From: an uncultured delta proteobacterium
GTDB taxonomy: Bacteria > Desulfobacterota > Desulfobacteria > Desulfobacterales > Desulfatirhabdiaceae
Assembly (NCBI GenBank): GCA_963789395.1
Contig: CAWBKP010000009.1
Span: forward strand, 32,001 to 96,000
DNA length: 64,000 nucleotides
Direction of reading: 5' to 3'
A program made the position numbers and the translations under genes. The notes below the pieces were generated by a model. It ran no database searches, was not told where the DNA came from, and saw only the letters and a program-made list of their open reading frames with translations. Shown here piece after piece: positions 52,140 to 62,204 of this stretch; within the stretch, counting starts at the first letter, position 1, and the number at the start of each line of letters is the position of its first letter.

Positions 52140-52743
52140 TTAAAAACCCTTCTGAAAAGATGCCAGGGTCATGGCGATGATTTTTTTAAGCGTCATCACC
52201 ACATTGTCCCCTTTAATGGCGCTGGCGGGAATTGAAGGAACTTTAAGCTTGCCGTTCAGATCATTTTCCATCATCGCAAGGGGCATGACGGGGATTCCCT
52301 GACTCTCCAGATCTCTTTTGTTGTACTGAATAATCAGGGGAATTTGATAAATATCTTTTTTATGCAGCCGCCAGATTCTCCTGAAGGTTTTTCAGGGATA
52401 TCAGGTTTTGTTCCCGCTGGACAGACAAAGAATCCGCAACAAACACCACGGCATCCACGCCTTTTAAAACCAGCCTCCGGGTGGCGTCGTATTTCACCTG
52501 GCCCGGCACGGTATAAAGCTGCATGCGAACCGAATATCCCTTGATCTTGCCCACATCAAACGGAACAAAATCAAAAAAAAGGGTGCGATCTCCATGCGTT
52601 TTGATGCTGACCATCTCAGAGGGGATCCGATCCCGAAACTGCTGGTAGATATATTCCAGGTTGGTGGTTTTTCCACATCGCCCAGGCCCGTAATAAACGA
52701 TTTTGGCCTGAACTTCTTTATTTTTCATATTGATGAATGCCAA
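52140..52743 (-). CDS. mglA: MglA-family small GTPase (one frameshift near 52360)
   Basis: KIVYYGPGRCGKTTNL, DRTLFFDF, LYTVPGQ; QYNKRDL in the continuation frame. Confidence 0.92.
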
Positions 52744-52762
52744 TACAGAAACTCCCTTCTGA

Positions 52763-53188
52763 TTAAGCCGTCAACATCCCGGGCATCATCCGGACGATGA
52801 TTTGCCAGATTCGTCGGATTTTTTGAATGACATCCGCCACTTTCATCCGTAAAAGGCCAAGAGAAATTTTTTTTCCGAATACCGTGATAATCAGCAATTC
52901 ATCGTTCACTTTGCTGAAGTATAAACTTTCAGTTTCGCCTTTATGAAAGAGCAGGGCAAATTCTTCCTGACCCACGATTTTCGCCATTGCCTCAACAGCC
53001 CCGAAATTGGCAGCGGAAAGGGCTGCCAGTGAATATACGTCGATCCGGGAAAGTCCATTATCCCCTTTTGCGATGATATTACCGGCAAAGTCAATCAGTA
53101 AGGCGCAGTGTACACCGCTGGCAATAAGATCGGACTGCAGAATCCGTTCAATTTTTTCCAGCTGGTCCTGGCCCAGCGCATATTCCAT
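52763..53188 (-). CDS. mglB: Roadblock/LC7 protein, MglB-like
   Basis: LLIDFAGNII, SLAALSAANFGA, EEFALLFHKG, LGLLRMK; adjacent to mglA. Confidence 0.87.
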   Translation of the reverse strand: MEYALGQDQLEKIERILQSDLIASGVHCALLIDFAGNIIAKGDNGLSRIDVYSLAALSAANFGAVEAMAKIVGQEEFALLFHKGETESLYFSKVNDELLIITVFGKKISLGLLRMKVADVIQKIRRIWQIIVRMMPGMLTA

Positions 53189-53542
53189 CAAGCTAATTGA
53201 TTTTTCATGATGAGGAGTCACCGCCACTATCCTCCAGCCAATGATGTTGGTTTACAACCGTATTTCCTGAAATCATGCATTATCCATCGAAATATATGCC
53301 AATGCATGAATTCTGTAACTGAAACGAACCGGTTAATCAAGGAGTTTTCAATAGAAATCAACCGGCAATGCCAAAATGCATTTAATTATGTCATGTCTCA
53401 ATGCGATCAACTGATCACGCAGCTCTCAGAAATCTCAATTATTTTTTTATTTTCATCCAGTTTAATATTGCTATTCCGATCGGACTCTGGATAAATAGGT
53501 CGATATGTGATTCATCATGTTGACATTACTAAAGGAGAGCCC

Positions 53543-55093
53543 ATGGAATCATCTGAATTGCTTGAGAAACTCCAGCAAAAGCAGTTGCTGGCCCTTGCAG
53601 GAGGGGGAGAGGACAAAATCCGAAAACAGCATGAAGCCGGCAAACTGACTGCCCGTGAGCGGATATCCCGGCTGCTGGATCCAGATACCTTTGTTGAAGT
53701 CGATCGTTTCAAGGCCCACAGATGCAGCGATTTTGACATGGCTGATAAGAATTTTCCGGGAGACGGCGTCGTCACCGGATACGGCATGATCCACGGCAGA
53801 CAGACCTTTGTTTTTGCACAGGATTTCACGGTTTTGGGCGGCTCCCTGTCACAGGCCCATGCGGAAAAAATCTGTAAAATCATGAAAACCGCCATGAAAA
53901 CCGGATCACCGGTCATCGGCCTGTGCGACTCGGGGGGTGCCCGAATTCAGGAAGGAGTTATGAGCCTGGCCGGTTATGGCGATATTTTCCTGCTCAATGT
54001 CATGGCTTCAGGCGTGGTGCCGCAGATTACCGCGATCATGGGGCCTTCGGCCGGCGGCGCGGTTTACAGCCCGGCACTGACCGACTGGATTTTCATGGTT
54101 GAAAAAACAGGCCATATGTTCATCACCGGCCCGGAAGTCATCAAGGCTGTTACCCGTGAAGTTGTCAGCAAGGATGACCTGGGAGGCGCCATGGCACACA
54201 ATGCCAAAAGCGGCGTGGCCCACTTTTCCGCGCCCGATGACAGCGCCTGCCTGGAAATGATCCGCGAGCTGATGTCGTTTCTTCCCCAGAACAATATGGA
54301 AGATCCGCCCCGATCCGCCACTCAGGATGACCCCTCGCGCCTGGATGAATCCCTGCGCGATGTGGTTCCGGCTGATCCCAACAAGCCATATGACATTCGT
54401 CAGATTATTCGATCCAATATGGATGACCGGTATTTTTTTGAGGTTCATCAGCACTGGGCCAAAAATATCGTGATCGGCTTCGGCCGTCTGGACGGCATGC
54501 CCGTCGGGGTTGTCGCCAATCAGCCCAGCGTCATGGCCGGATGCCTGGATATCGACGCATCCATCAAGGGTGCCCGGTTTGTCCGATTCTGCGATGCTTT
54601 CAACATTCCGATCATCGTCTATGAAGATGTGCCGGGTTTTCTTCCCGGAACCCACCAGGAACATGGCGGCATCATCAAACATGGCGCAAAACTCATTTAC
54701 GCCTTCTGCGAGGCGACGGTTCCCCGGATCACCGTTATCACCCGAAAAGCCTATGGCGGAGCGTATATTGTCATGAATTCCAAACATATCCGAGGGGATA
54801 TCAATCTGGCCTATCCCGGCGCCGAAATTGCCGTCATGGGCGCGGATGGCGCGGTCAACATCATTTGCAGAAAAGATATCAAAGCGTCATCGGATCCCGA
54901 GGATGAACGTCAGCGGCGGATCGCGGATTACCGGGAGAAGTTTTCCAACCCTTACCGGGCTGCGGAACTGGGCTATATCGATGATGTCATTGATCCTGCG
55001 GAAACCCGGCCGCAGCTGATTCAATCCCTTAAGATGCTGAGAACCAAAAGGGATATCAATCCGCCTAAAAAACATGGGAATATCCCGCTTTAG
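53543..55093 (+). CDS. mmdA: Acyl-CoA carboxyltransferase (methylmalonyl-CoA decarboxylase alpha / PccB-like)
   Basis: GKLTARERI, GDGVVTGYG, DSGGARIQEG, RFVRFCDAFNIP, KAYGGAY, KKHGNIPL; followed by beta, gamma and biotin-carrier genes. Confidence 0.85.
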   Translation: MESSELLEKLQQKQLLALAGGGEDKIRKQHEAGKLTARERISRLLDPDTFVEVDRFKAHRCSDFDMADKNFPGDGVVTGYGMIHGRQTFVFAQDFTVLGGSLSQAHAEKICKIMKTAMKTGSPVIGLCDSGGARIQEGVMSLAGYGDIFLLNVMASGVVPQITAIMGPSAGGAVYSPALTDWIFMVEKTGHMFITGPEVIKAVTREVVSKDDLGGAMAHNAKSGVAHFSAPDDSACLEMIRELMSFLPQNNMEDPPRSATQDDPSRLDESLRDVVPADPNKPYDIRQIIRSNMDDRYFFEVHQHWAKNIVIGFGRLDGMPVGVVANQPSVMAGCLDIDASIKGARFVRFCDAFNIPIIVYEDVPGFLPGTHQEHGGIIKHGAKLIYAFCEATVPRITVITRKAYGGAYIVMNSKHIRGDINLAYPGAEIAVMGADGAVNIICRKDIKASSDPEDERQRRIADYREKFSNPYRAAELGYIDDVIDPAETRPQLIQSLKMLRTKRDINPPKKHGNIPL

Positions 55094-55111
55094 ATAAGGA
55101 GATTACAGAAA

Positions 55112-56260
55112 ATGTCCTGGGAACAGCTGGTTGAACTGATTCGAAACATTTTATTCACCCAAACCGGAATCCCCAATCTGTCGGGCGGCAATGTACTGAT
55201 GATCTGCGTCGGACTTGCTCTTTCTTTACCTTGCCATTGCAAAGGATTATGAGCCGCTGCTGCTGCTTCCGATCGGATTCGGCATTTTCATCGTCAATTT
55301 CCCGCTTACGCCACTGATGGGCTATACGGAGCATGGAACGCCGGATCTGATCCGGGCATTTTACAAATACGGGGTCGAGTGGGAAATCATCCCCTGCGTT
55401 ATATTTCTGGGGCTTGGCGCCATGACGGACTTCGGGCCGCTGATTGCCAATCCCAAAACCCTGATCATCGGAGCCGGAGCGCAATTGGGTGTATTCGTGA
55501 CCTATATCGGAACCCTGTTCTTTGGATTCACGCTGAAGGAAGCCGCGTCCGTCGGGATTATCGGCGGTGCGGACGGCCCAACGACGATTTACCTGACCAC
55601 CAAGCTGGCGCCTCACCTGCTCGGCGCAAACGCGCTGGCCGCATATTCTTACATGGCCATGGTTCCTTTGATTCAGCCTCCCATCATGCGATGGATGACA
55701 ACGCTTTCTCAGCGCCGGATCCGGATGCGTCAGCTCAGGCCCGTATCCTCAAGGGAAAAACTGCTCTTTCCGCTGATCGCAACCGTATTGATTGTCCTGC
55801 TGATTCCGGCTGTTGCGCCGCTCATGGGCATGTTCATGTTCGGCAATCTGATGCGGGAAAGCGGGGTGGTAAAACGCCTCTCGGATACGGCCCAGAATGC
55901 CCTGATGAACATCGTGACCATTTTTCTGGGGCTTTCGGTGGGGGCCACCATGCAGGCGGAGGTTTTTTTAAACTGGAAACCCATGCTGATTTTTGCCTTT
56001 GGTCTTCTGGATTTTGTGGTATGCACCATTGGCGGAATTCTGACGGTCCATATCATGAATCTGTTCCTGAAGGAAAAAATGAATCCGCTGATCGGCTCCG
56101 CCGGGGTCTCGGCCGTACCCATGTCGGCCCGGGTGTCGCATTCGAAGGACTTAAGGCAGATCCGGACAACTGGCTGATCATGCATGCCATGGGGCCCAAT
56201 CTGGCAGGCGTCATCGGATCCGCGGCGGCAGCAGGCATGTTTATTGCCATGTTTCAATAG
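55112..56260 (+). CDS. mmdB: Na+-translocating decarboxylase beta subunit (frameshifts near both ends)
   Basis: [64 protein letters not shown]. Confidence 0.9.
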
Positions 56261-56272
56261 AAGGAGGCCATC

Positions 56273-57236
56273 ATGATATCCCATTATTTCAGCCTGTCCG
56301 CATGGTATGGCTTATCGATCGCGGCGTTATTGCCGCTAGTTCATCCAGAATGAATCTCTGGCCGCAATTGGAGAAGACGCTGAAAAACCCGTCCCCATGT
56401 TTTCCCGTGCGGGGAAAACCATAACAGCCAAACTGATTCCCAGAGCCAAAAGCACAAGCATCTTGATTGATTTCAATACGGCCCATGGCAACCTGAGCGG
56501 ATGTCAAGGCCATTGAATTTGAAGCCCTCCAGACACCGGATGTGGACATTAAAGAATTCAAATCCTCATTTTTCGATGTAACGATCGAGGAGGTTTCCGC
56601 CGGGCTCTGAATAGTCGAATTCGTCATTTCATCTTCGTTTTTTTCGGTTTCAACCGAATACTGGATTTACAATTCAAAGAAGCAGGCAAAATGGTTTAAT
56701 TCCGGAATAAAGTCAGAAAATGGAGCAGACGATTCCAATCAATTCGTCATTCGGGTCATGGATGGCGGGGAATTGGACAGCGATGGAATCGTGGACGGCC
56801 GGATTCAAATTATCGGGGGACCCAAAGATTATTTTTGGAGTTATGCCATCGGGACTCTGGTTGTCCGTTTATTCGGCATTTTCCTGGTGTTGTCGATGCT
56901 GATGATCGGCATGCTGGCTGCCGGACAAGTCTTTATCGCCATAGCTAAAAGACATACCCGACTTGCCGCCCCATCGTCTAAGCCCTCCCAACCGGCGCCT
57001 GCGCAGCGAGCAGAACCGCTCAACCACCCAGGCTACTCCCATCCGCACCGGACCCGGACACGGTTGCAGCCATAGCGACAGCACTTCATCTGCATCTGGC
57101 TCCGGAAAAATCCCGAGAAACTATTGACGCCATAAAGACCGATCAGAATTCATGGGTTCAGTATGGCCGTGCAGATATTCAAAACGCACGGTTTCAAACC
57201 TTTCTGCGGCCGGTCAATCCCAAAAACCACTTTTGA
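56273..57236 (+). CDS. OadG-like (gamma/delta) decarboxylase subunit with a large N-terminal extracytoplasmic domain (frameshifted)
   Basis: RBS AGGAGG + ATG 56273; joined frames give a beta-rich domain ending DGGELDSDGIVDGRIQIIGGP, a TM helix (FGIFLVLSMLMIGM), a Pro/Ala linker and VAAIATALHLHL...SWVQYGR. Confidence 0.7.
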
Positions 57237-57306
57237 TCTTACCGGTAGGGATGAATGATCAACAATACGGATCCGATTTCATCCGAACCGATCACGAGGC
57301 AATCCA

Positions 57307-57765
57307 ATGAAATACAACCTTGAAATCAATAAGAAAAACTTTGATGTCACCATCGGCGGCATTGTCGGAAATACGGCCCAAGTTCAGGTAAACGGGCAAG
57401 CCTATGAAGTTCGTATCGGCAACCTGACAAAGCCGGCCATACGGCCGACCACCGTCCATCCGGCGGCCACGGCCCAGACGATAAGAACACCGGCCCCTGC
57501 CGCCCCCCCTCAAAAACCCGAAGCATCCCCCCCGCCTGTCGCGCAAGGTATGGGCGAACCCATTTTAGCCCCGATCCCCGGTTTGATTCTGGAAATCAAG
57601 GTGAAAATCGGTGACACAGTAAGTGCCGGTCAATCTATCGCCGTGCTGGAGGCGATGAAAATGGAAAACAGCCTGACCACCCATGTTGCCGGCACAGTAA
57701 AGGAAATCCGGGTTGAAAAGGGCAGCGAGGTCTCGACCGGGGATATCATTATGGTTGTCGGATAG
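57307..57765 (+). CDS. mmdC: Biotin carboxyl carrier subunit
   Basis: Ala/Pro linker and EAMKM biotinylation motif. Confidence 0.9.
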   Translation: MKYNLEINKKNFDVTIGGIVGNTAQVQVNGQAYEVRIGNLTKPAIRPTTVHPAATAQTIRTPAPAAPPQKPEASPPPVAQGMGEPILAPIPGLILEIKVKIGDTVSAGQSIAVLEAMKMENSLTTHVAGTVKEIRVEKGSEVSTGDIIMVVG

Positions 57766-57821
57766 TCTTGTGTGAAGCTGAATGCCGATTTCCGGCACAA
57801 GCCGTATCCACTGCTCGAAAA

Positions 57822-57849
57822 GCCGGCCGTCCTGACAACGGCGGCCGGC
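57822..57849. terminator. Hairpin between convergent genes
   Basis: GCCGGCCG...CGGCCGGC. Confidence 0.5.
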
Positions 57850-57896
57850 AACTTTGTCCTCATAGTCAGCGACGGTGAAGATTCATATACCTCCAT

Positions 57897-58679
57897 TTAC
57901 AGGCTGCCATAGGCATTCCGAATAACAGAAACCCCGTATTTTCGTTCAAGACGGCGCACAACGAAATGTCCATGGGCCATATTCTGAAAATGGTCAATAA
58001 ACAACGTATTGATAAGTGCCCCGCCAACCGCGCCAATTGCCGGTAAAGCCTGGACAGCTGCTTTCTCGGAAACCTGGATACTGAATCGTTCCGCAACTTG
58101 AAAGATAAGTCGAACAAGTGCCGGCACACCTTCTTCGGCAATTCCCTTTTCCGCGATATACTCGGCGGCTTTTGTTACAGACTTTGCCAATGCCGCGCGA
58201 ACGGCAAAATACCCTGTACCCGCACCGTCATCTCCCTTGCTTAAGCCCCCCAAAGCAAAGACTTCGATGCAGGCCATTTTGGATTCGCCGCTGTTGATGC
58301 GCTCTCCCTCACTTCTGGCAATATCGGCAATAGACCGTAACATGATTGTCGTGGATACGGGAAGCTCTGCCGCCAATGCCGGCAGCCCAAAGAAACCGCC
58401 GATACCGCCTGTTGCCGCAACCGCCAATTTATGCCATAAATTTGAAGATTCCCGTCTTGGCTGAATATCCATCGTCAGGACAGCCGCATTGACGGACATG
58501 AACAAAACAGCCCTGGTTACCGCGCCAATCGCTGCATTCCAATTCTTTGGAAGGAGTTCGAACCCTCTTTGAATCGAGCTTCCAAGAAAATCCGTTATTT
58601 TCGCGGCAATCCCCGGATTCTCCAAGAGCCATTTGGCGGTCTTCAAATCTTCCATATCTTCCGGTTGAATCGTCATCAT
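57897..58679 (-). CDS. EcsC family protein
   Basis: GGIGGFFGLPALAAELPVSTTIMLRSIADIARSEG; HFVVRRLERKYG. Confidence 0.85.
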   Translation of the reverse strand: MMTIQPEDMEDLKTAKWLLENPGIAAKITDFLGSSIQRGFELLPKNWNAAIGAVTRAVLFMSVNAAVLTMDIQPRRESSNLWHKLAVAATGGIGGFFGLPALAAELPVSTTIMLRSIADIARSEGERINSGESKMACIEVFALGGLSKGDDGAGTGYFAVRAALAKSVTKAAEYIAEKGIAEEGVPALVRLIFQVAERFSIQVSEKAAVQALPAIGAVGGALINTLFIDHFQNMAHGHFVVRRLERKYGVSVIRNAYGSL

Positions 58680-58941
58680 GACAGGATACCCCGCGTTATG
58701 ATGCATAATTGATCCCGATATTACAAAAATACATGATTTGTTGCGAAAAAACTCCCCGAATGATCCCGTACCGTCAACCCTGCCGATAACCATTGAAATT
58801 CAAACCATATTGCTTTATCATGCACGCGTTCCAGTTGCCTCTGTTATGAGCAATTTGTCGAAATCCCTTAGTGGATATCAAAGCATATTCCGGATATGAG
58901 ACATATACTATCACAGTTTTCATTTTTTTGCGCTTCTCACC

Positions 58942-58956
58942 GCATCTGTCATGCCA
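58942..58956 (-). promoter_or_regulatory. Possible sigma54 promoter toward ecsC
   Basis: TGGCATGACAGATGC (GG-N10-GC, imperfect -12). Confidence 0.35.
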
Positions 58957-59032
58957 GGCCCGGCTATTCACGTTATATAGACCGGAAGCCAGGCAATGAC
59001 TTAACGCCAAAATACAAAGAGGTGCCGATATT

Positions 59033-60062
59033 ATGACTTCCGCCGTAACGCTTCCGCCTGAACTGAAACCGATCACTGGTGCTAAACCCTGTCCCAGTGT
59101 GCTGATGGTCGGCGATCAGCCGACCTTCGCCCAGACCCTGGTGGAGATTTTTCAACGGGATCACGATGTTTTTGTAGCCAGCAACATCGTTCAGACATTT
59201 GAGAAGTGCCGCAGCTGCCTGCCGCAGCTGATCCTTCTGGATGCCGTTATGCCGGACATGGATGGCTTTGAGGCCTGCCGGCGACTGAAGGCCGACCCGG
59301 AGACAAAGGATATTCCGGTTATTCTCCTGATCGCGCGGGATAACCTGGAATCCGAAGTCAACGCCCTGGAGGCCGGGGCAGTTGATTTTATCACCAAACC
59401 GGTCACCCCATCGGTTGTCCGTGCCAGGGTAAATACCCACCTGGTGCTGAAGGCCCAGTCGGATCTGCTCCATTCGCTGGCATGCGTCGATGGACTGACC
59501 GGGGTGGTCAACCGCCAGAGGTTCGAAGAGCGCCTTGAAGCCGAATGGCGCCGTTGCAGGCGACTCATAACCCCTTTGGCCCTGCTCATGATCGACATTG
59601 ACAATTTCAAAAAATATAACGACATTTATGGATATCTGGCTGGAGACGCTTGCCTGCAAGCCGTGGCGGCCATCCTGAAAAAACAGATAGGGCGATCCCA
59701 TGATCTTTTGGCTCGCTATGACGGCGAGGAGTTCGCCTGCATCCTCCCGGACGCCGATTTTGACGGAGCCGTTCAAAAGGCTGAGGCAATGGTCTGGGCG
59801 ATCCGTGACAAAGCCATCCCTCATGCCGCTTCCGAGCACGGCTTCAGTTGTCACCATCAGTGTTGGCGTCGCCGTTACCATGCCCGGACCCGACCGGCAC
59901 CCCAACGAGCTGGTATCCACTGCCGAAACACTGCTCCATGAAGCCAAGCAAGAAGGAAGGAATCAGGTCCGCGGCCTGGCGTTGGCGGGATATGCTTCGA
60001 ATTCCCAGAAAAGACAGATTGCAGATATCAGGGTGACCAGGGGGTTGCCTCAACCCATTTAA
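59033..60062 (+). CDS. REC-GGDEF protein with degenerate active-site motif (frameshift near 59845)
   Basis: LILLDAVMPDMDG, DFITKP, DGLTGVVNR, DIDNFKKYND, RSHDLLARYDGEEF; tail VTISVGVA...AKQEGRNQV in another frame. Confidence 0.88.
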
Positions 60063-60085
60063 GATATTCCAGTAATTATCGCATC

Positions 60086-60625
60086 ATGACAAATAAAAAT
60101 ATAACGCATTCGTGGATCCGGTCCATGCGGCAACTGTCAGTGATCGTACTGGCGGCGGTGGCAGTTGCCTTGATTTCGAATCATTTCCGCTCGGCGCCGC
60201 TGCCGCTTGTGGGAAACTGGTCGCAGGAAGCGCGGCTGACATCCCCATCCGGCCGGCAGATGGCCATTTCCCTGGATGAGGCAAAGAATCTGCACCAATC
60301 CAATGGCGCGGTGTTTATGGATGCCCGGCCTTTGGAGGAATTCGCACAGGGGCATATTCAGGGTGCAATCAGCCTTCCGTGGCACGAAGCCGAACAGCGC
60401 GTGATGGATGTCACCGCCGATATGGCAAACGACGCCGTGATCATTACCTACTGCGACGGAGACACCTGTGACCTGAGCAAGGATCTGGCGCTGTTTCTGG
60501 AGAATCTGGGATTTTCAAAAGTCCGGATACTGGTCAACGGCTGGACCGTATGGCAGCATGCCGGACTGCCGGTTGAGACAGGCGAAGATAAGAGACGGTT
60601 AGACCGGAAGATCAAAAAGAAATAA
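60086..60625 (+). CDS. Membrane-anchored rhodanese-like domain protein
   Basis: N-terminal TM segment, FMDARP..EFAQGHIQGA, TYCDGDTCDLS, GWTVW. Confidence 0.88.
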   Translation: MTNKNITHSWIRSMRQLSVIVLAAVAVALISNHFRSAPLPLVGNWSQEARLTSPSGRQMAISLDEAKNLHQSNGAVFMDARPLEEFAQGHIQGAISLPWHEAEQRVMDVTADMANDAVIITYCDGDTCDLSKDLALFLENLGFSKVRILVNGWTVWQHAGLPVETGEDKRRLDRKIKKK

Positions 60626-61693
60626 ATGGAACAGAGCACATTGACTCAAGATATCAACACAGCAGAAAATCAGGCACCTGAAAACGGGAAGGAATGCAGC
60701 ATCCGTTCCACGGGGCATTCCAACGGCTGCTCGCACCACCACCCTCTTTCGGAGAATTCCACGGGCACAAGGCTTCTGATCACCCTTGCCCTGAATTTCA
60801 TTATTCCGGTGATCCAGATCATCGGCGGCATTGCGGCACACAGCATGGCCCTGATTTCCGATGCCACGCATAATTTCAGCGACTTTACGGCGATTCTGAT
60901 TTCATACATCGCCCTGAAAATCGGCAAAAAAGGCGCTTCCCTTCAAAACACCTTCGGATACCGAAGGGCCGAGATCCTGGCTGCCCTGTTGAATGTGGCG
61001 ATTCTCCTTGGCGCATCCGCAATAATCGTCTATGGCGCGTTTCAACGGATTCAAAACCCGGAGATCGTTTCCGGCGGCCTGGTCATGGGGATTGCGGCCA
61101 TCGGCGTTATCGGAAACGGTTTTTCAGCCTGGCTGCTTCACCGGGACGCCAAGGAAAGCCTGAATGTGCGCGGGGCTTTTCTTCACATGATGGGAGACAT
61201 GCTGACATCCGTGGTGGTGCTTCTGAACGGCCTGATTCTGATCTATAAGCCCTGGTACTGGCTGGATCCGCTTCTGTCCCTGATGATCGTGATATTTATC
61301 GTGAAGAACTGCTGGAGCATTTTAAAGGAATCGACCGCCATTCTCATGAACGCCACCCCCGGGGATCTGGACATCCAGGCGGTGCAAACGTTTTTGCAGG
61401 ATTTTCCGGATATTTCAGGCGTTCACTATCTCCATGCCTGGAGCCTGGGATCATCCGGCGTGGCGTTTTCCTGTCATGTGGTTGTCAAGGACCAGCCCAT
61501 CAGTCAGACCCGGCAACTTCGGGAAAAAATCAGCCACGCGCTTTTCCACGAGTTCGGCATCGATCACCCGGTCCTGCAGTTTGAAACCAATGCCTGCGGT
61601 AACGGGAACCTTTTCTGCGAAGATACCTGCGCTGCCGTAAGCCCCTCCCCAGCCGCACAAACATGGCGACAGCCGGACTGCCTGGACGGATAA
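60626..61693 (+). CDS. Cation diffusion facilitator (CzcD/ZitB-like)
   Basis: SMALISDATHNFSD, TFGYRRAEILAAL, LNVRGAFLHMMGD, FGIDHPVLQFE. Confidence 0.92.
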   Translation: MEQSTLTQDINTAENQAPENGKECSIRSTGHSNGCSHHHPLSENSTGTRLLITLALNFIIPVIQIIGGIAAHSMALISDATHNFSDFTAILISYIALKIGKKGASLQNTFGYRRAEILAALLNVAILLGASAIIVYGAFQRIQNPEIVSGGLVMGIAAIGVIGNGFSAWLLHRDAKESLNVRGAFLHMMGDMLTSVVVLLNGLILIYKPWYWLDPLLSLMIVIFIVKNCWSILKESTAILMNATPGDLDIQAVQTFLQDFPDISGVHYLHAWSLGSSGVAFSCHVVVKDQPISQTRQLREKISHALFHEFGIDHPVLQFETNACGNGNLFCEDTCAAVSPSPAAQTWRQPDCLDG

Positions 61694-61694
61694 G

Positions 61695-62132
61695 GCATGG
61701 CCCCGGCACTTTGCCCTTGCGGCAAGACTGATACTGGGCGGGGTGTTTATTTATGCCAGTCTGGACAAAATCCTTCACCCGGCCGCATTTGCAGAGGCAG
61801 TGTTTAATTATCAGCTTCTTCCCGCTCAACTGATCAACCTGATGGCCCTGATACTGCCCTGGCTGGAGCTGATTCTGGGCGTGCTGCTTCTTTCCGGGAT
61901 CTGGCTGTCCGGAGCTGTCCTTGGGGTAAATCTCTTAATGATCATCTTCCTGGGCGCCCTGATCATCAACACGGCCAGGGGCCTCAACATTTCCTGCGGG
62001 TGTTTTTCCACCGAAACGACTTCAACCGGACTCTCCTGGTGGGTTGTCCTGCGGGACGTTTTCTTTTTCTGCCTTTCGGGTTATCTGCTGTTTGTACACC
62101 ACTCTGATGGACAGACTGAAACAGCAGTCTGA
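61695..62132 (+). CDS. MauE/DoxX-family membrane domain (possibly fused to the CDF)
   Basis: RLILGGVFIYASLDKI, LPWLELILG, ARGLNISCGCF, VLRD. Confidence 0.85.
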   Translation, partial: AWPRHFALAARLILGGVFIYASLDKILHPAAFAEAVFNYQLLPAQLINLMALILPWLELILGVLLLSGIWLSGAVLGVNLLMIIFLGALIINTARGLNISCGCFSTETTSTGLSWWVVLRDVFFFCLSGYLLFVHHSDGQTETAV

Positions 62133-62204
62133 TACGATTCAGGACAACTGCTGAAATCTTATTTGAATATATTGCTGGATGAAAGCGACTGTAATAAAAC
62201 GGCT

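Noticed and set aside
53358..53421. Sigma54 promoter or CRP/FNR site between mglB and the carboxyltransferase
   Set aside because: TGGCA lacks a correctly spaced GC, and the TGCGA...TCACG palindrome has 8-nt rather than 6-nt spacing.
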